This document shows, piece by piece, positions 17,696 through 29,459 of a stretch of 64,000 nt of DNA (position 1 is its first letter; each line of letters starts with the position of its first letter). Source of the stretch: Alphaproteobacteria bacterium (lineage in GTDB: Bacteria > Pseudomonadota > Alphaproteobacteria > UBA7887); contig CBDCGL010000011.1 in assembly GCA_965216755.1 (NCBI GenBank), forward strand, positions 1,952,001-2,016,000. The letters are read 5' to 3'. The position numbers and the translations under genes were made by a program. The notes below the pieces were generated by a model. That model was not told where the DNA came from and ran no database searches. It saw nothing but the letters and a program-made list of their open reading frames with translations.

Positions 17696-19878
17696 TCTGC
17701 TGCCGCTATCCGCAATGGCGCCGGTCGTCCGGTCTTGTTCAAAGCCCGGCCACGTCCCGACAAGCTCGGATTGGTCATGAAATATGTGTGCGCGCAAAAC
17801 GAATCGTCATCGGCGAGCAAACGTTCGTAGTCGCCATCCGATTTCATTGACCAACTTTGCAATTTGTCTTTGAAATTCGCGACCATGATTTGGTTGAGGA
17901 TCTGCTCGTGCACGGTCGGATTGTCGATTGGAACCATGACCTCACAACGCCTGTCGAAGTTGCGCGGCATCCAATCCGCCGACGAGATAAATATCTTGGC
18001 ATCCGGTGACGGCAGCCGTCGCCCGTTGCCAAAGCAGACGATGCGCGAATGCTCAAGAAAACGGCCAACAATACTCTTCACGCGAATATTGTCTGATAGG
18101 CCTGGAACGCCCGGCCGCAAGCAACAGATGCCCCTTACCACCATGTCGATATGGACGCCAGCCGTGCTCGCCGCATACAGCGCGTCAATTACGGCCGGAT
18201 CCACCAGCGAATTGAGTTTTATCCAAATCGTCGCCGGGCGTCCGGCCTGTGCATGTTCGATTTCTTTGTCGATGCACGAAAGCACCGTGCTGCGCAAATT
18301 GATCGGTGCCAGCGCCAGCTTGTCCAAATGTTCGGGGCGGGCGTAACCGGTTCCGAAGTTAAACACGCGCGCGGCATCGCGCGCCAAGGCTGGATCACAG
18401 GTGAAGAACGACAAGTCGGTGTATATCCGCGCCGTGATCGGATGATAGTTCCCGGTCCCGTAATGCACATACGGCCGTAGAGCGCCTTCTTCGCGCCGCA
18501 CAACCAATGAGACTTTGGCATGCGTCTTGAGGCGCATGAAGCCAAACACGACGTGAACGCCGGCGCGCTCGAGGCTGCGCGACAGCCGCAAGTTGGCTTC
18601 TTCGTCGAAACGCGCCTTCAGCTCGATCAGCGCTGTGACCGACTTGCCAGCCTCGGCCGCCGCGACCAGCGCTTTCAATATCGGGGAGTTTGCAGAGGTC
18701 CGATAAAGTGTCTGCTTGATGGCAATCACCTCTGGATCGGCGGCCGCCTGTTCAAGAAACTTGACGACGACATCGAAGCTCTCATAGGGGTGGTGAACGA
18801 CAATGTCTTTGTGCCGAATTGCCGCGAAACAGTCGTTGCCAAAGTCGCGAATGCGTTCCGGGAAACGGGCCGTGTAGCGATCAAAAGTTAAGTCATTGCG
18901 CCCGCAATCTATCAATTGCTCGATCTGCGCAAGCCCAAGCATGCCTTCGATTTCAACTATGTCGTGGCGATGCGCCGTCAACTCGGTCGTTAGCAGTTCC
19001 CGCAAATCGTCGGGCATGTCCGCACTGAGTTTCAACAAAACGACATTGCCGCGGCGGCGTCGCCGTAACCCGGTTTCCAAGACCAGGACCAAGTCCTCGG
19101 CTTCTTCTTCGAATTCGATATCGCTGTCGCGAATCAGTCGGAAAAGACCGCGACCGGTTACCTCGTAGCCTTGAAACAGTTTTTCGATAAACAGTTCGAC
19201 AAGGGCTTCCAGGGCAAAAAAACGTACCCGTTCGCCAGGCAGCCTTATGAAGCGGCGAATGAGATTGGGTAGCGGCACATGCGCGCGCATCGTGCCGCCA
19301 TCGCTCTTGCGTCTCAACGACAGGGCAAGAGCAAATCCGCGATTGGGGAAGAACGGAAATGGATGCGCTGGATCGATGGCCAGTGGCGTCAATACGGGAA
19401 AGACTTGTTCGTTGAAATAGGTTTCCAACCACCGTCGGTCGTCATCGCTCAGCTCGTCTGCATCAACCACCGCGATGCCGGAATCGCGCAAGGCCTTTCG
19501 CATCTCTCGCCAACGCGCCTGCTGCTCGCCAATCAGTGCGTTGGCACTACGCTGCACAGCCTGGAGCTGTTGCTCGGGAGTCAAGCCATCTTGGCTCGAT
19601 TGAGTCACGCCGGCATCGATCTGAGCCTTCAGTCCGGCGACGCGAACCATAAAAAACTCATCCAGATTGCTGGCAGATATCGACAAAAACCGCACACGCT
19701 CCAGCAGCGGGTGGCGTGCGTTGTTGGCCTCGGCGAGGACGCGTCTGTTAAAGGCCAACCATGACAGTTCGCGATTGAGATAACGCGGTTCGGACGATTT
19801 GACACGCGAAGTCTGGTCTTTCGGTAAGCTCATAGCGGCGCCAGACGATCCAGTTATGCGTGTTTTGTCCTCCATCAT
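17692..19878 (-). CDS. ppk1: Polyphosphate kinase 1
   Basis: [61 protein letters not shown]. Confidence 0.97.
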   Translation of the reverse strand: MMEDKTRITGSSGAAMSLPKDQTSRVKSSEPRYLNRELSWLAFNRRVLAEANNARHPLLERVRFLSISASNLDEFFMVRVAGLKAQIDAGVTQSSQDGLTPEQQLQAVQRSANALIGEQQARWREMRKALRDSGIAVVDADELSDDDRRWLETYFNEQVFPVLTPLAIDPAHPFPFFPNRGFALALSLRRKSDGGTMRAHVPLPNLIRRFIRLPGERVRFFALEALVELFIEKLFQGYEVTGRGLFRLIRDSDIEFEEEAEDLVLVLETGLRRRRRGNVVLLKLSADMPDDLRELLTTELTAHRHDIVEIEGMLGLAQIEQLIDCGRNDLTFDRYTARFPERIRDFGNDCFAAIRHKDIVVHHPYESFDVVVKFLEQAAADPEVIAIKQTLYRTSANSPILKALVAAAEAGKSVTALIELKARFDEEANLRLSRSLERAGVHVVFGFMRLKTHAKVSLVVRREEGALRPYVHYGTGNYHPITARIYTDLSFFTCDPALARDAARVFNFGTGYARPEHLDKLALAPINLRSTVLSCIDKEIEHAQAGRPATIWIKLNSLVDPAVIDALYAASTAGVHIDMVVRGICCLRPGVPGLSDNIRVKSIVGRFLEHSRIVCFGNGRRLPSPDAKIFISSADWMPRNFDRRCEVMVPIDNPTVHEQILNQIMVANFKDKLQSWSMKSDGDYERLLADDDSFCAHTYFMTNPSLSGRGRALNKTGRPAPLRIAAAE

Positions 19879-20152
19879 GCGCCTTCCTCCCAGCTTCTCC
19901 CGTCTTTTGCTCCCATCTTACCCGGGATTGTGCCTTTCGATTGCGACAACCATGTTGCTGGAGACAATTGGCCGCGCCAAGCGACCGAGTCGCTCCCCGC
20001 GTGCCCGCCTCGACAGGTCGCTCCATCTCTCCTTGTTAACATTGTGGCCGTCAACGCCCGCTACCAGCCCACCCGGACCACGAGCCGGAAAAATCGCTAC
20101 TCGTCGGTTGAAACGCGACGGGCTTGTAATAAGAGCGACGTGGTCTGGCCGA

Positions 20153-20932
20153 TTAGAATGTGCCTGGATAGAGACCACCATCGAGCAGAAAATGCTGGCC
20201 AGTGACATATCCCATCTGCGCGCTGCACAGAAATGCGCATGCCTCGCCAAATTCCTCTGGCGTACCGAATCGCCCAGCGGGGATCTCGGCCATTCGCTCA
20301 GCCCGAATTTCTTCAAGTGGCCGTCCCTCTTTCTCCGCGGCGTAAGCCGTCGCGCCGCGCAGACGATCAGTTTCGATGGATCCTGGTAGCAGATTGTTGA
20401 TGGTCACATTGTGCCGAACGGTCTGGCGCGCGAGTCCGGCGACAAACCCAGCCAGGCCGGTACGCGCACCATTCGACAGGCCCAAGATCTGAATTGGCAC
20501 CTTGGTCGATACCGACGTGATATTGACGATGCGGCCAAAGCGCCGATCGATCATGCCATCGACCGTGGCCTTAATGAGTTCAATGGGGGTGATCATATTG
20601 GTGATCACGGCCTTGAGCCAATCTTCGCGATCCCAATTCCGAAAATCGCCCGGCGGTGGACCGCCCGCGTTGTTCACCAAAATGTCTGGCTGCGGACACA
20701 CGTCCAAAAGGCGAGCTTGCCCGTCCGCGGTTGTCACGTCGGCAGCGACGGCGGTCACGGGGTGACCGGTTTGTTGTTCGATATCTTTCGCCGTCGCGGC
20801 CAATGTCGCTTCGTCGCGACCGTTGATGATCACGTTGACGCCTTCGCGCGCCAATGATGTCGCACAGCCTTTTCCCAAGCCCTTGCTCGACGCGCAAACT
20901 ATGGCCGTTTTACCGGCAATCCCCAAGTCCAT
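20153..20932 (-). CDS. Short-chain dehydrogenase/reductase
   Basis: ASSKGLG, NNAGGPPPG, SNGAR, NNLLPG, GRFGTPEE. Confidence 0.9.
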   Translation of the reverse strand: MDLGIAGKTAIVCASSKGLGKGCATSLAREGVNVIINGRDEATLAATAKDIEQQTGHPVTAVAADVTTADGQARLLDVCPQPDILVNNAGGPPPGDFRNWDREDWLKAVITNMITPIELIKATVDGMIDRRFGRIVNITSVSTKVPIQILGLSNGARTGLAGFVAGLARQTVRHNVTINNLLPGSIETDRLRGATAYAAEKEGRPLEEIRAERMAEIPAGRFGTPEEFGEACAFLCSAQMGYVTGQHFLLDGGLYPGTF

Positions 20933-20946
20933 CCGCTTCTCCTTGT

Positions 20947-21630
20947 CTAGTCCGACGGCAAATCCGCCAAGGCCTCTCGTGCCAGTGCCACCGTGATTCG
21001 TCGCTGCTTGGCCAATGCCGTCCGATCAATCGTCGCGACAATTCGTCGAGCGCTTGCAAACGACCTTTCCATCCGCGTCAACAAAAACGCGACAACGGTC
21101 TCATCGATCATGATCTGCCGATCCCGGAATTGTTTGATGAGGACGGCCGCCAAGAGCGAATCGTCGGGTGCGCCTATGCCAACGGCCGGCAGCGCCATGA
21201 TCCGCGATGACAGATCTGGCAGCGTCAACGACCATCCGACCGGCGGACCGCGGCCCGTAAGTAACAAGCCGACATCCGCCTCGCGCGCGGCGTTCAGCAT
21301 GTGCAAGAGGGCAGCTTGATCCGGCGCCCGATCAGCATGTTCCAGGATAATGCCTTTGGCAAGCCTCTGTTCAAGAAAATCAGCGACACGCGCGCGCTCC
21401 AGTTTGCTTGCATCGACGAATTGGCTGTCGCTGCGTTCGGCCCAAACCTTGGCCAAGTGTGTCTTTCCGCAGCCGGGTCGCCCGTGCAAAATCAAACCAC
21501 GCCCCGGCCATGCAGGCCAGCGATCGATCCAGTCGACGGCGGATTGGTTGCTGGGGGCGACGAGAAAGTCTTCGGCACCCAATGCCTCCCGACTTGCCAG
21601 GTCCAGGGCAAGCTGCGTTGGTCGTGTCAA
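20947..21630 (-). CDS. hdaA: DnaA regulatory inactivator HdaA
   Basis: N-terminal clamp-binding motif QLALDL, GRPGCGKTHL, LPDLSSR, RMERS. Confidence 0.9.
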   Translation of the reverse strand: MTRPTQLALDLASREALGAEDFLVAPSNQSAVDWIDRWPAWPGRGLILHGRPGCGKTHLAKVWAERSDSQFVDASKLERARVADFLEQRLAKGIILEHADRAPDQAALLHMLNAAREADVGLLLTGRGPPVGWSLTLPDLSSRIMALPAVGIGAPDDSLLAAVLIKQFRDRQIMIDETVVAFLLTRMERSFASARRIVATIDRTALAKQRRITVALAREALADLPSD

Positions 21631-21644
21631 CTACGTACGCCGAA

Positions 21645-22721
21645 TTAGGAGCGCGTGTCGGGCGGCGCCGCGCCGTGAAATAGCGCGCTGCCCCGATAGT
21701 GTCCAACGGCGAAGCGCGTGAGAACACCGATCACCGCAGCGACGGGAACCGACAACAAGACCCCAACAAAGCCAAACAGGGCGCCACCGGCCAACAGGGC
21801 AAACATCACCCATACCGGGTGCAGGCCAACGCGATCGCCGACCAAATTGGGGGTTAGGAAATTCCCCTCAATGGCCTGCCCGACAAAAAAGATACCGGCG
21901 ATTATGGCAACCCGTATCGGATCGCCGAACTGGGCGATGGCCAGACCGACACTCAGGATCAGACCCGCGATCGAACCGACATACGGAATGAACGAAATCA
22001 GACCGGAAAGCAAACCGACCACTAGACCAAACTGAAGCCCGGCAACTTCCAAAGCTACCGCATAGGCAATGCCCAAAATCAGGCACACCGTGGCTTGGCC
22101 GCGGACGAACCCGGCCAAGGTTTGGTCGATCAAGCGCACTTGCTCGCGTACGGTTTCAGCATGAGCGCGAGGCAAATGAGAGTCGAACCAGGCCACCAGC
22201 CGATCCCAATCCCGTAGCAGATACCAGGACACGATTGGTGTGATGACCAACAATGCGATCAGATTGATCACGGCGACACCCGACGACCAAACGCTCCGCG
22301 CCAGGGAAAGCGACCATGTGACCAGCTGTTCCGAGATCTGCCCGATCGCCTCTTGCGCCCTGGCCGCGGCCTCGGGCGCCAACCCATCCGACCAGTCATT
22401 CACTGCTGGCACAAGGTCCTCACGCAATCGAGCCACTATTCCCGGAATCTCGGCCAAAAGCGCTACCAACTGGGTCTGCAAAACGGGGACGATCAGAAGT
22501 GTCAGGGCGATGATTAGGAGAAAAAACAGCAACAGGACGACACTGGTGGCGACGGTCCGCGAAATCTTCAAAAGCTCTAATCGATCGGTAACGGGATCCA
22601 GAAAATACGCAACCGCCATGCCCGCAACAAACGGCAGAAGAACTTGTTTGAGCAAAACCAGGATAGCGACGAACGCGGCGCCGATCAGAAGCCATGCGAT
22701 TGTCTGATTGCGGATGCTCAT
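21645..22721 (-). CDS. AI-2E (PerM-like) family transporter
   Basis: LLPFVAGMAVAYFLDP, GFVRGQ, FIPYVG, GLHPVWVMFALLAGG; many TM helices. Confidence 0.9.
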   Translation of the reverse strand: MSIRNQTIAWLLIGAAFVAILVLLKQVLLPFVAGMAVAYFLDPVTDRLELLKISRTVATSVVLLLFFLLIIALTLLIVPVLQTQLVALLAEIPGIVARLREDLVPAVNDWSDGLAPEAAARAQEAIGQISEQLVTWSLSLARSVWSSGVAVINLIALLVITPIVSWYLLRDWDRLVAWFDSHLPRAHAETVREQVRLIDQTLAGFVRGQATVCLILGIAYAVALEVAGLQFGLVVGLLSGLISFIPYVGSIAGLILSVGLAIAQFGDPIRVAIIAGIFFVGQAIEGNFLTPNLVGDRVGLHPVWVMFALLAGGALFGFVGVLLSVPVAAVIGVLTRFAVGHYRGSALFHGAAPPDTRS

Positions 22722-23266
22722 TGCGGGCCCTCAAGGTCACGACTGGCTTGAAACAGGCGACCAACATACACGGTTCCCGACATGACCGTCGTCAAACAGG
22801 TCAGATACATCAGTGCTTCCAAAACCAACTCGGGGATACTGGCAATCTCCGCAAGCTTGGCAAACGCAACCCCTACCAAAGCAATCTGTACCGTGGTGTT
22901 CAGCTTACTAATGAACAAGGGATGTACCTGGGGTTGCCAACCCAGCATGGTCATCAGCAACCATCCGCCGATAATCGACAAATCGCGAAAGACAACCAAG
23001 ATCACAATCCATACGGGGAGCACCTCAATCACGCCCAGCGCCACAAACGATGCTGCCAGCATGCTCTTGTCGGCAATCGGGTCTAGGTAGCTGCCCAGCA
23101 AGGTCGTCGCGTTGAATCGCTTGGCGATGAAGCCGTCTACTGCGTCGGATGCCGCACTTATAACGAACAACCAAAATGCCGGCCGATACCATGCCTCAAC
23201 CACCATCCAAACAATGATGGGAACGGCTGCAAAACGTGCCAGGCTAATGAGGTTGGGCAGGTTCAC
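22718..23266 (-). CDS. CDP-alcohol phosphatidyltransferase
   Basis: NLPNLISLAR, SDAVDGFIAK…LGSYLDPIADK. Confidence 0.92.
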   Translation of the reverse strand: MNLPNLISLARFAAVPIIVWMVVEAWYRPAFWLFVISAASDAVDGFIAKRFNATTLLGSYLDPIADKSMLAASFVALGVIEVLPVWIVILVVFRDLSIIGGWLLMTMLGWQPQVHPLFISKLNTTVQIALVGVAFAKLAEIASIPELVLEALMYLTCLTTVMSGTVYVGRLFQASRDLEGPQ

Positions 23267-23377
23267 GCGTGTATTATTGGTCCGCCTTCGATCGTGTCAT
23301 CTTTCCGCCGCCGCGTCCCTTTGGTTGCCGCGGCCGTCTGTGCGCCAATCCAGTCGGGCATATCACCAATCGCTTAA

Positions 23378-24706
23378 CTACTCGACCAGGAAGTCATCAG
23401 CCGTCGGACGCGTTTCAAGCGGCTCGTCTTGCTGCGGTGGCGCCGGGACATGGGCGTCAATCGCCGGTTCCGATTGTGGCGACGACGGTAACGGCGCGGC
23501 CGGGGAACCCGGTGCCGCCGAAACCGGCGGAGTCGAGCGCCCAACCGGCGGTCGCGGCAAAACTGTATCCGCGGCGAATGCGGCGCCTGTTGGCATCAGC
23601 TGCCACAGGCCACCGGTCTCTATCAGTGACAACCCGCGTCTTTCCAACGCCGACGCCAAGGAATCGATTTCACCGCGCACTTGTAGGGCGAGGCGTGCCC
23701 AACGCAAGTTTAGTTCTAGTAGCTCGGTCGCTTCGACATTGGCGACGGCGGTCAATTGTTTGCGCACGTCGAGCCAGTCGTCGATGTCACTGATCGGCAC
23801 AGCAACATCAATTTCTTGCACTTCGCCCAAGGCATAAAGGTTTTGAGACTTCCAGTTTCGGTCGAGCGTGGCCGCGACCATCTGAGTCGCGCGCGCCATC
23901 AACGCGTCCAGAGGCTCGTCGATACCACCAACCAGACTATCTTGAAACAATCGGGTTTCAGCGTCGCCATGGGCGTCGACAGTGACATCAATGCGCGGAA
24001 TACCAGCGGTCGAGGCCGTCTCGAATGAGACCAGCGCCACCAGAACGCGCTCAGCATCATAGGCGTTGGCCATGGCACGAATCGGATCAGGTGCGCCCTC
24101 TACAGCCTGCTGTGCGTCAATTGTTTGGATATCGTTGAGCTCCCCAAACGGCACAACCAAATCAACGACACCCTCAACCCTTTCAGTCTCAGCCCAAGCC
24201 TGTCGCCAAATATTTTCTTCCTCCCACAAGAGAAGGCGCTCCCTATCGCGCGCCACCGGCAAAACAACGACAGGCTCACTTTGGCCAACTGCGTAGGGCA
24301 GGTTCAAGCTGCGCAACAAGCGCGAAACGGGCTCTCGCCGAAAATCAACCGTCAGTTCTGCGACGTACCGGCGCGAAGAGCGCTTTTCGTTGGCAAGTTG
24401 GAATCCCAGCACCGTGTCGCGCACCATTGCCGCCGTGATGGCCGGCAGGCGGGAACGATCGGCTTCCAGCGTCAGACGCTCCAGCAGTCGACGCAGCGCT
24501 TCGCGTTGACCATCGGCCAACGCCTGGTCCTGAGCCGCTTGCGCACTATCAGCCGTGGCATCGATCTGCACACCCGTAACCGCAAATAAGTCTCCGCCGC
24601 GCGCAGCGTCACTTAGACCCGCCAAGGTCGCCACCAAAGCAACACCCGCGACAACGGTCCAACGCCGCTGAATTGCAATGCCGGACCAATGCAGTATTGT
24701 CCGCAT
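23378..24706 (-). CDS. DUF2066-like exported protein
   Basis: Signal peptide, [16 protein letters not shown]…A, Pro-rich tail; usual position divergent from purM. Confidence 0.7.
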   Translation of the reverse strand: MRTILHWSGIAIQRRWTVVAGVALVATLAGLSDAARGGDLFAVTGVQIDATADSAQAAQDQALADGQREALRRLLERLTLEADRSRLPAITAAMVRDTVLGFQLANEKRSSRRYVAELTVDFRREPVSRLLRSLNLPYAVGQSEPVVVLPVARDRERLLLWEEENIWRQAWAETERVEGVVDLVVPFGELNDIQTIDAQQAVEGAPDPIRAMANAYDAERVLVALVSFETASTAGIPRIDVTVDAHGDAETRLFQDSLVGGIDEPLDALMARATQMVAATLDRNWKSQNLYALGEVQEIDVAVPISDIDDWLDVRKQLTAVANVEATELLELNLRWARLALQVRGEIDSLASALERRGLSLIETGGLWQLMPTGAAFAADTVLPRPPVGRSTPPVSAAPGSPAAPLPSSPQSEPAIDAHVPAPPQQDEPLETRPTADDFLVE

Positions 24707-24764
24707 AAGCACACCGCCTGATTTTCGAAAATGGTCGAACACAGCGTTCATTCAGACTTATAGC

Positions 24765-25844
24765 ATGGTCGACAAATCTCTCAAAAAGACTCGCTATGCG
24801 GTAGCCGGCGTTAGTCTGGAAGCGGCAAGCGCTGTTGTCGATCGGCTTGGTCCGCTGGCCGCGGCGACCGCCCGCCCCGGCGCCGACGGCACGATTGGCG
24901 GCTTCGGCGGCTTATTTGACCTCGCCGCCTGTGACTTCAGCGATCCAGTTTTGGTGGCGGCCACAGATGGGGTTGGCACGAAACTCATGCTCGCCAGTGC
25001 AGTCGGACAATTCGATACCATTGGTCTTGATCTGGTCGCCATGTGCGTCAACGACGTCTTGGTACAAGGCGCAACACCACTTTTTTTTCTCGACTACTAT
25101 GCTGCCGGCCAAATGGATGTCGATACCGTCGCAGCCGTCGTGTCAGGAATTGCGGCCGGTTGCCGGTTGGCCGGTTGCGCGCTGATCGGTGGCGAAACAG
25201 CTGAATTGCCGGGACTTTATCGCCCCGGGCATTTCGACCTAGCGGGCTTTGTGGTCGGGGCCGCCGAACGGCGGCATCTGTTGACCGGCGACCTTATCGC
25301 ACCGGGTGATATCGTACTTGGGCTGGCGTCCAACGGCGTGCACAGCAACGGTTTCTCGCTTGTCCGTCACATCGTCTCCGAAAGCGGCCTTGAATACAGC
25401 GTACAGGCACCATTTGATCCCGATCGCGACCTGGGCGAGGCTCTGTTGGCGCCGACTCGCATTTATGTCGAAAGCCTGCTCCCCCTTGTCAGCCGGAATG
25501 GCAGCGGCATCAGGGGGCTCGCCCACATCACAGGTGGTGGGCTTCGAGATAATATCGCCCGGATCTTGCCCGATACTGTCACAGCCGCACTTGACGCAAC
25601 GAAGTGGTCGGCACCGCCCGTTTTTGACTGGCTGGCCAAGTGCGGCAATGTTCCGACCCCAGAAATGATCGACACTTTCAATTGCGGGCTTGGCATGGTC
25701 GCAATTGTCGAGCCCGAGCTTGCCCAACCGATCGCCTCGGAACTTGAATCTCGCGGCGAGCGTGTCTGGCAAGTGGGGCAAATTGTGCCGCGCCTGGACG
25801 AGCTGGCTGTAACCATAGCCGGCCTCGACACTTTGTTCTCATGA
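24765..25844 (+). CDS. purM: Phosphoribosylformylglycinamidine cyclo-ligase
   Basis: [45 protein letters not shown]. Confidence 0.96.
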   Translation: MVDKSLKKTRYAVAGVSLEAASAVVDRLGPLAAATARPGADGTIGGFGGLFDLAACDFSDPVLVAATDGVGTKLMLASAVGQFDTIGLDLVAMCVNDVLVQGATPLFFLDYYAAGQMDVDTVAAVVSGIAAGCRLAGCALIGGETAELPGLYRPGHFDLAGFVVGAAERRHLLTGDLIAPGDIVLGLASNGVHSNGFSLVRHIVSESGLEYSVQAPFDPDRDLGEALLAPTRIYVESLLPLVSRNGSGIRGLAHITGGGLRDNIARILPDTVTAALDATKWSAPPVFDWLAKCGNVPTPEMIDTFNCGLGMVAIVEPELAQPIASELESRGERVWQVGQIVPRLDELAVTIAGLDTLFS

Positions 25845-26512
25845 GTGCCAAAACGAAGACCCGTGTTCCCGTTGCCATATTGATCTCTGGTCGGGGCTCG
25901 AACATGGCTGCGCTACTCGACGCCGCGCGCGAACCCGGCTACCCCGCCGAGGTCAAGTTGGTCATTTCCAACCGGCCGGACGCGGCCGGTCTGGATCTCG
26001 CCGCGAAACGGAACACGAGAACTCTCGTGATCGACCACACGAAATTTCCCGATCGCAATGACTTCGACACCATGCTGGGCAACACGCTGGCAGAAGCCGA
26101 CATAGAGTATGTTTGTTTGGCTGGGTTCATGCGGCTGCTCGGCCGCCCCTTCGTCGAACGCTGGCGCGAACGCGTGATCAACATTCATCCATCGCTGCTG
26201 CCGGCTTTTCGCGGCCTACACACGCATCAGCGCGTGCTGGCGTCGGGCGTGCGCATCACCGGATGTACCGTGCATTTTGTTCGCCCGGACATGGACGACG
26301 GTCCGATCATCTTGCAGGCTGCCGTGCCTGTGCATGAAGATGACAGCGAAGAAAGCCTTGCGGCACGTGTTCTCGCGGCTGAACATCGATGCTATCCGGC
26401 GGCCCTACGGTGGTTGGCGGAAGGTCGTATCTCGCTGCGTGGCGAACGCGTCGCGCTCCAAGGCGTGACATCCCAAGAGCACAACTTGATCAGTCCAGCA
26501 CTCGACAGCTAG
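25841..26512 (+). CDS. purN: Phosphoribosylglycinamide formyltransferase
   Basis: [28 protein letters not shown]…DDGPII. Confidence 0.96.
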   Translation: MSAKTKTRVPVAILISGRGSNMAALLDAAREPGYPAEVKLVISNRPDAAGLDLAAKRNTRTLVIDHTKFPDRNDFDTMLGNTLAEADIEYVCLAGFMRLLGRPFVERWRERVINIHPSLLPAFRGLHTHQRVLASGVRITGCTVHFVRPDMDDGPIILQAAVPVHEDDSEESLAARVLAAEHRCYPAALRWLAEGRISLRGERVALQGVTSQEHNLISPALDS

Positions 26513-26519
26513 ACGAAGC

Positions 26520-26942
26520 TCAACCGACGATATCAACGCCCGCGAAAAAAAACGCGACTTCGCGGGCCGCGGTTTCCGGCGAGTCGGAACCGTGAACGGA
26601 ATTTGCCTCGATTGACTCGCCATAGAGCTTCCGAATGGTACCGTCAGCAGCGTTGGTTGGGTTGGTGGCGCCCATCACCTCGCGATTGCGAGAGATCGCG
26701 TCCTCCCCTTCGAGCACCTGTACAACCACCGGCCCGGAACACATGAATTCGCACAGATCTTTGAAAAACGCGCGTTCCTTGTGCACGTCGTAAAACTGCT
26801 CGGCTCGTGCGCGACTCAGCAGAATGCGTCGCTGCGCCACCACCCGCAATCCGGCATCTTCCAACAAAGCGTTGATCTTGCCGGTAATATTGCGACGGGT
26901 GGCATCTGGCTTGATGATTGACAATGTGCGTTCAGTGGCCAT
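26520..26942 (-). CDS. ndk: Nucleoside-diphosphate kinase
   Basis: [23 protein letters not shown]. Confidence 0.97.
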   Translation of the reverse strand: MATERTLSIIKPDATRRNITGKINALLEDAGLRVVAQRRILLSRARAEQFYDVHKERAFFKDLCEFMCSGPVVVQVLEGEDAISRNREVMGATNPTNAADGTIRKLYGESIEANSVHGSDSPETAAREVAFFFAGVDIVG

Positions 26943-27077
26943 GGCTTGTTCCCAGAGCGATCAGTGAAGCGATCGGGTTTATAGACAGCACCGCCGCGCA
27001 CAGCAATGGCCCGATTGAGGTATTGTGGAAATCATTCGCGATTACCGCCCCATCCCATCACCGCCCAGCGACACAGT

Positions 27078-28961
27078 ATGCTCCACATTAATGGTCTGAC
27101 CCACCGTATCGATGGCCGGCCGTTGTTCGACCGGGCAACCTGCGCCATCGCAAAAGGTTGGCGTGTCGCTTTGATCGGGCGCAATGGTTCCGGGAAATCA
27201 ACGCTCATGCGGCTGATTGCCGACCAGACACCGCCGGACCACGGCACGATCAATCGGCGTCCCGGTATCACCGTGGGATATTTGTCACAAACAGCGCCGA
27301 ACGGTGCCGACTCACTCATCGATGTGGTCCTGGCGGCTGACCATGAACGTACACAGCTGTTGACTGCGCTCAGCACCGAAACAGATCCGCACACGATCGC
27401 AAACATGCAAACGCGCTTGGCTGATATCGGCGCCCACGCCGCGCCGGCGCGCGCTGCCACGATCCTGCATGGCTTGGGTTTCCCGACACCCGTCCAATCG
27501 CAAATGCTGAACACGCTTTCGGGTGGCTGGCGCATGCGCGTCGGCTTGGCGCAGGTGTTGTTTTCGGCTCCCGACGTCATGCTTTTGGACGAACCCACAA
27601 ATCATCTAGATCTCGAAGCAACCGTGTGGCTGACGTCCTTTCTTGCCCGTTGGCAAGGAACATTGTTGATCGTCAGTCACGATCGGAATTTGATTAATGC
27701 GGTCGCGACGCACACCGTCCATCTCGAAAATGGCAAGCTTGCCACAACGCCTGGCGGCTTTGACGAGTTCGAAAGAATTTATCAAGAAAAACAAATTCTT
27801 GCCCAAAAGTCCTACGAAAAAGAACAAGCTTATCGGGAACATCTCCAGTCTTATGTCGACCGATTTCGGTACAAGGCGACAAAGGCGCGACAGGCGCAAA
27901 GTCGTCTAAAAATGTTGCAGCGATTGCAGGCCGCACCGCCGCGTCCGCGCCCCGCGGCCACAGACATAATCTTCCCGGAACCAGAGCCACTACCGCCACC
28001 TGTCATAACGCTCGAAGATGCGGCTGTCGGCTATGGGGAACACGCGCCTGTCTTGCACGACTTGAACCTGCGCATTGACTTGGACGATCGAATCGGCCTG
28101 TTGGGTGCCAACGGTAACGGCAAAACGACCCTCGCCCGGTTGCTCGCGGGCCGCCTCGACGTCACGCGGGGCAGCTGCGTCCGCACGCCCAAACTGCGTG
28201 TCGGCTATTTTTCTCAAGACCAATTCGACACGTTGGCGCCGACCAACACACCCATGACCCAGATTGCGCCACTCATGCCCGGTGCGGACGTGACAGCCAT
28301 ACGCGCCTATCTCGGCCGCTTTGCAATATCGGCCGAACATGCCGACACCGAAATCGCCCATCTTTCCGGAGGCGAGCGGGCACGGTTGCTACTGGCCGTC
28401 ATGTGTCACGCGCGCCCGCAATTGCTCATTCTCGACGAACCGACAAACCATTTAGACTTGGTCATGCGCCAGGCCCTCATCGATGCCATCAACGATTTTG
28501 CCGGCGGCATCGTGTTGATCACGCATGACCGGTCCTTGCTGGAATTGTGCACGGAACGTTTGTGGTTGGTCGCTGACGGTCGTTGCCGGCCCTATGACGG
28601 CGATTTAGAGGACTACAGTCGCCTCACGCTCAAACGGCGCCGAAACGATGATGGTACCGGCAGACGCACCGCTGCTGACGGACGGCCGTCAAAAAAAGAG
28701 ATGCGCCGGGCGTCTGCCCAGGACCGCGCGCGAACTGTCGCACTGCGCCGCGCCGTCACGGACGCTGAACGCGAGATTGAAACACTGACGCGACAGCGCG
28801 ACATCTTGGACGCAAAGTTGGCCGATCCCGGCCTCTACAACGGACGGGCGGACGAAATCAGCGCCCTTAATCAGCAGCGCGTGGCCATTATGGCGGCGCT
28901 CACGCGGGCGGAAGACGCGTGGCTTGTCGCCCAAGACGCGCTCGATACCGATGGTCGCTAG
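27078..28961 (+). CDS. ABC-F family ATPase (YheS/Uup-like)
   Basis: Two NBDs (GRNGSGKS / LSGGWRMR / LLDEPTNHLD; GANGNGKT / LSGGERAR), no TM segments, C-terminal coiled coil. Confidence 0.93.
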   Translation: MLHINGLTHRIDGRPLFDRATCAIAKGWRVALIGRNGSGKSTLMRLIADQTPPDHGTINRRPGITVGYLSQTAPNGADSLIDVVLAADHERTQLLTALSTETDPHTIANMQTRLADIGAHAAPARAATILHGLGFPTPVQSQMLNTLSGGWRMRVGLAQVLFSAPDVMLLDEPTNHLDLEATVWLTSFLARWQGTLLIVSHDRNLINAVATHTVHLENGKLATTPGGFDEFERIYQEKQILAQKSYEKEQAYREHLQSYVDRFRYKATKARQAQSRLKMLQRLQAAPPRPRPAATDIIFPEPEPLPPPVITLEDAAVGYGEHAPVLHDLNLRIDLDDRIGLLGANGNGKTTLARLLAGRLDVTRGSCVRTPKLRVGYFSQDQFDTLAPTNTPMTQIAPLMPGADVTAIRAYLGRFAISAEHADTEIAHLSGGERARLLLAVMCHARPQLLILDEPTNHLDLVMRQALIDAINDFAGGIVLITHDRSLLELCTERLWLVADGRCRPYDGDLEDYSRLTLKRRRNDDGTGRRTAADGRPSKKEMRRASAQDRARTVALRRAVTDAEREIETLTRQRDILDAKLADPGLYNGRADEISALNQQRVAIMAALTRAEDAWLVAQDALDTDGR

Positions 28962-28979
28962 GCCCCGTGCGCGCGGACG

Positions 28980-29429
28980 TTAAGATTGTTTCTCCCAGCG
29001 GCCGTCCTCGGTTTGGCGCCAATAGGTCAATTCGTGACCGGTGTCTTTTAGCCGGCGCCAACGATCACGCGCCGCCGCCAACGCTGTTTCATCGTTGCCA
29101 TCGAACATGTCGATGCAGCGATCGAATTTCTCGATATCGGCGGCTTCAAGACTGTCGGTGAGGATCAAAACAGTCGCTTCGTTCGGGTTTTCCGCCTCCG
29201 TCGTCAAATAGATCGGCTGTTGCGACGCGTTACCGTCAGCGGGGCCACCATGCGGCAAGAACGAACCCGGATCGTAAGTCCACAACACGCTGTTCAATGC
29301 TTGCAGCCGATCTTCCGATCCGACCCGCACGACGGCACGTAAACCGCGTTCGTGCGCGCGCGCCAATAAGCGCGGCAACGCTTTTTCAAGCGGCCATTTC
29401 AGCAACTGGTAAAAGCCAACTTCGGTCAT
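28980..29429 (-). CDS. holC: DNA polymerase III chi subunit
   Basis: EVGFYQL, LWTYDPGSFLPHG, ARDRWR, YWRQ. Confidence 0.92.
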   Translation of the reverse strand: MTEVGFYQLLKWPLEKALPRLLARAHERGLRAVVRVGSEDRLQALNSVLWTYDPGSFLPHGGPADGNASQQPIYLTTEAENPNEATVLILTDSLEAADIEKFDRCIDMFDGNDETALAAARDRWRRLKDTGHELTYWRQTEDGRWEKQS

Positions 29430-29459
29430 CTCCAAGGTTCGTCAGATTCGCGCGTGCCG

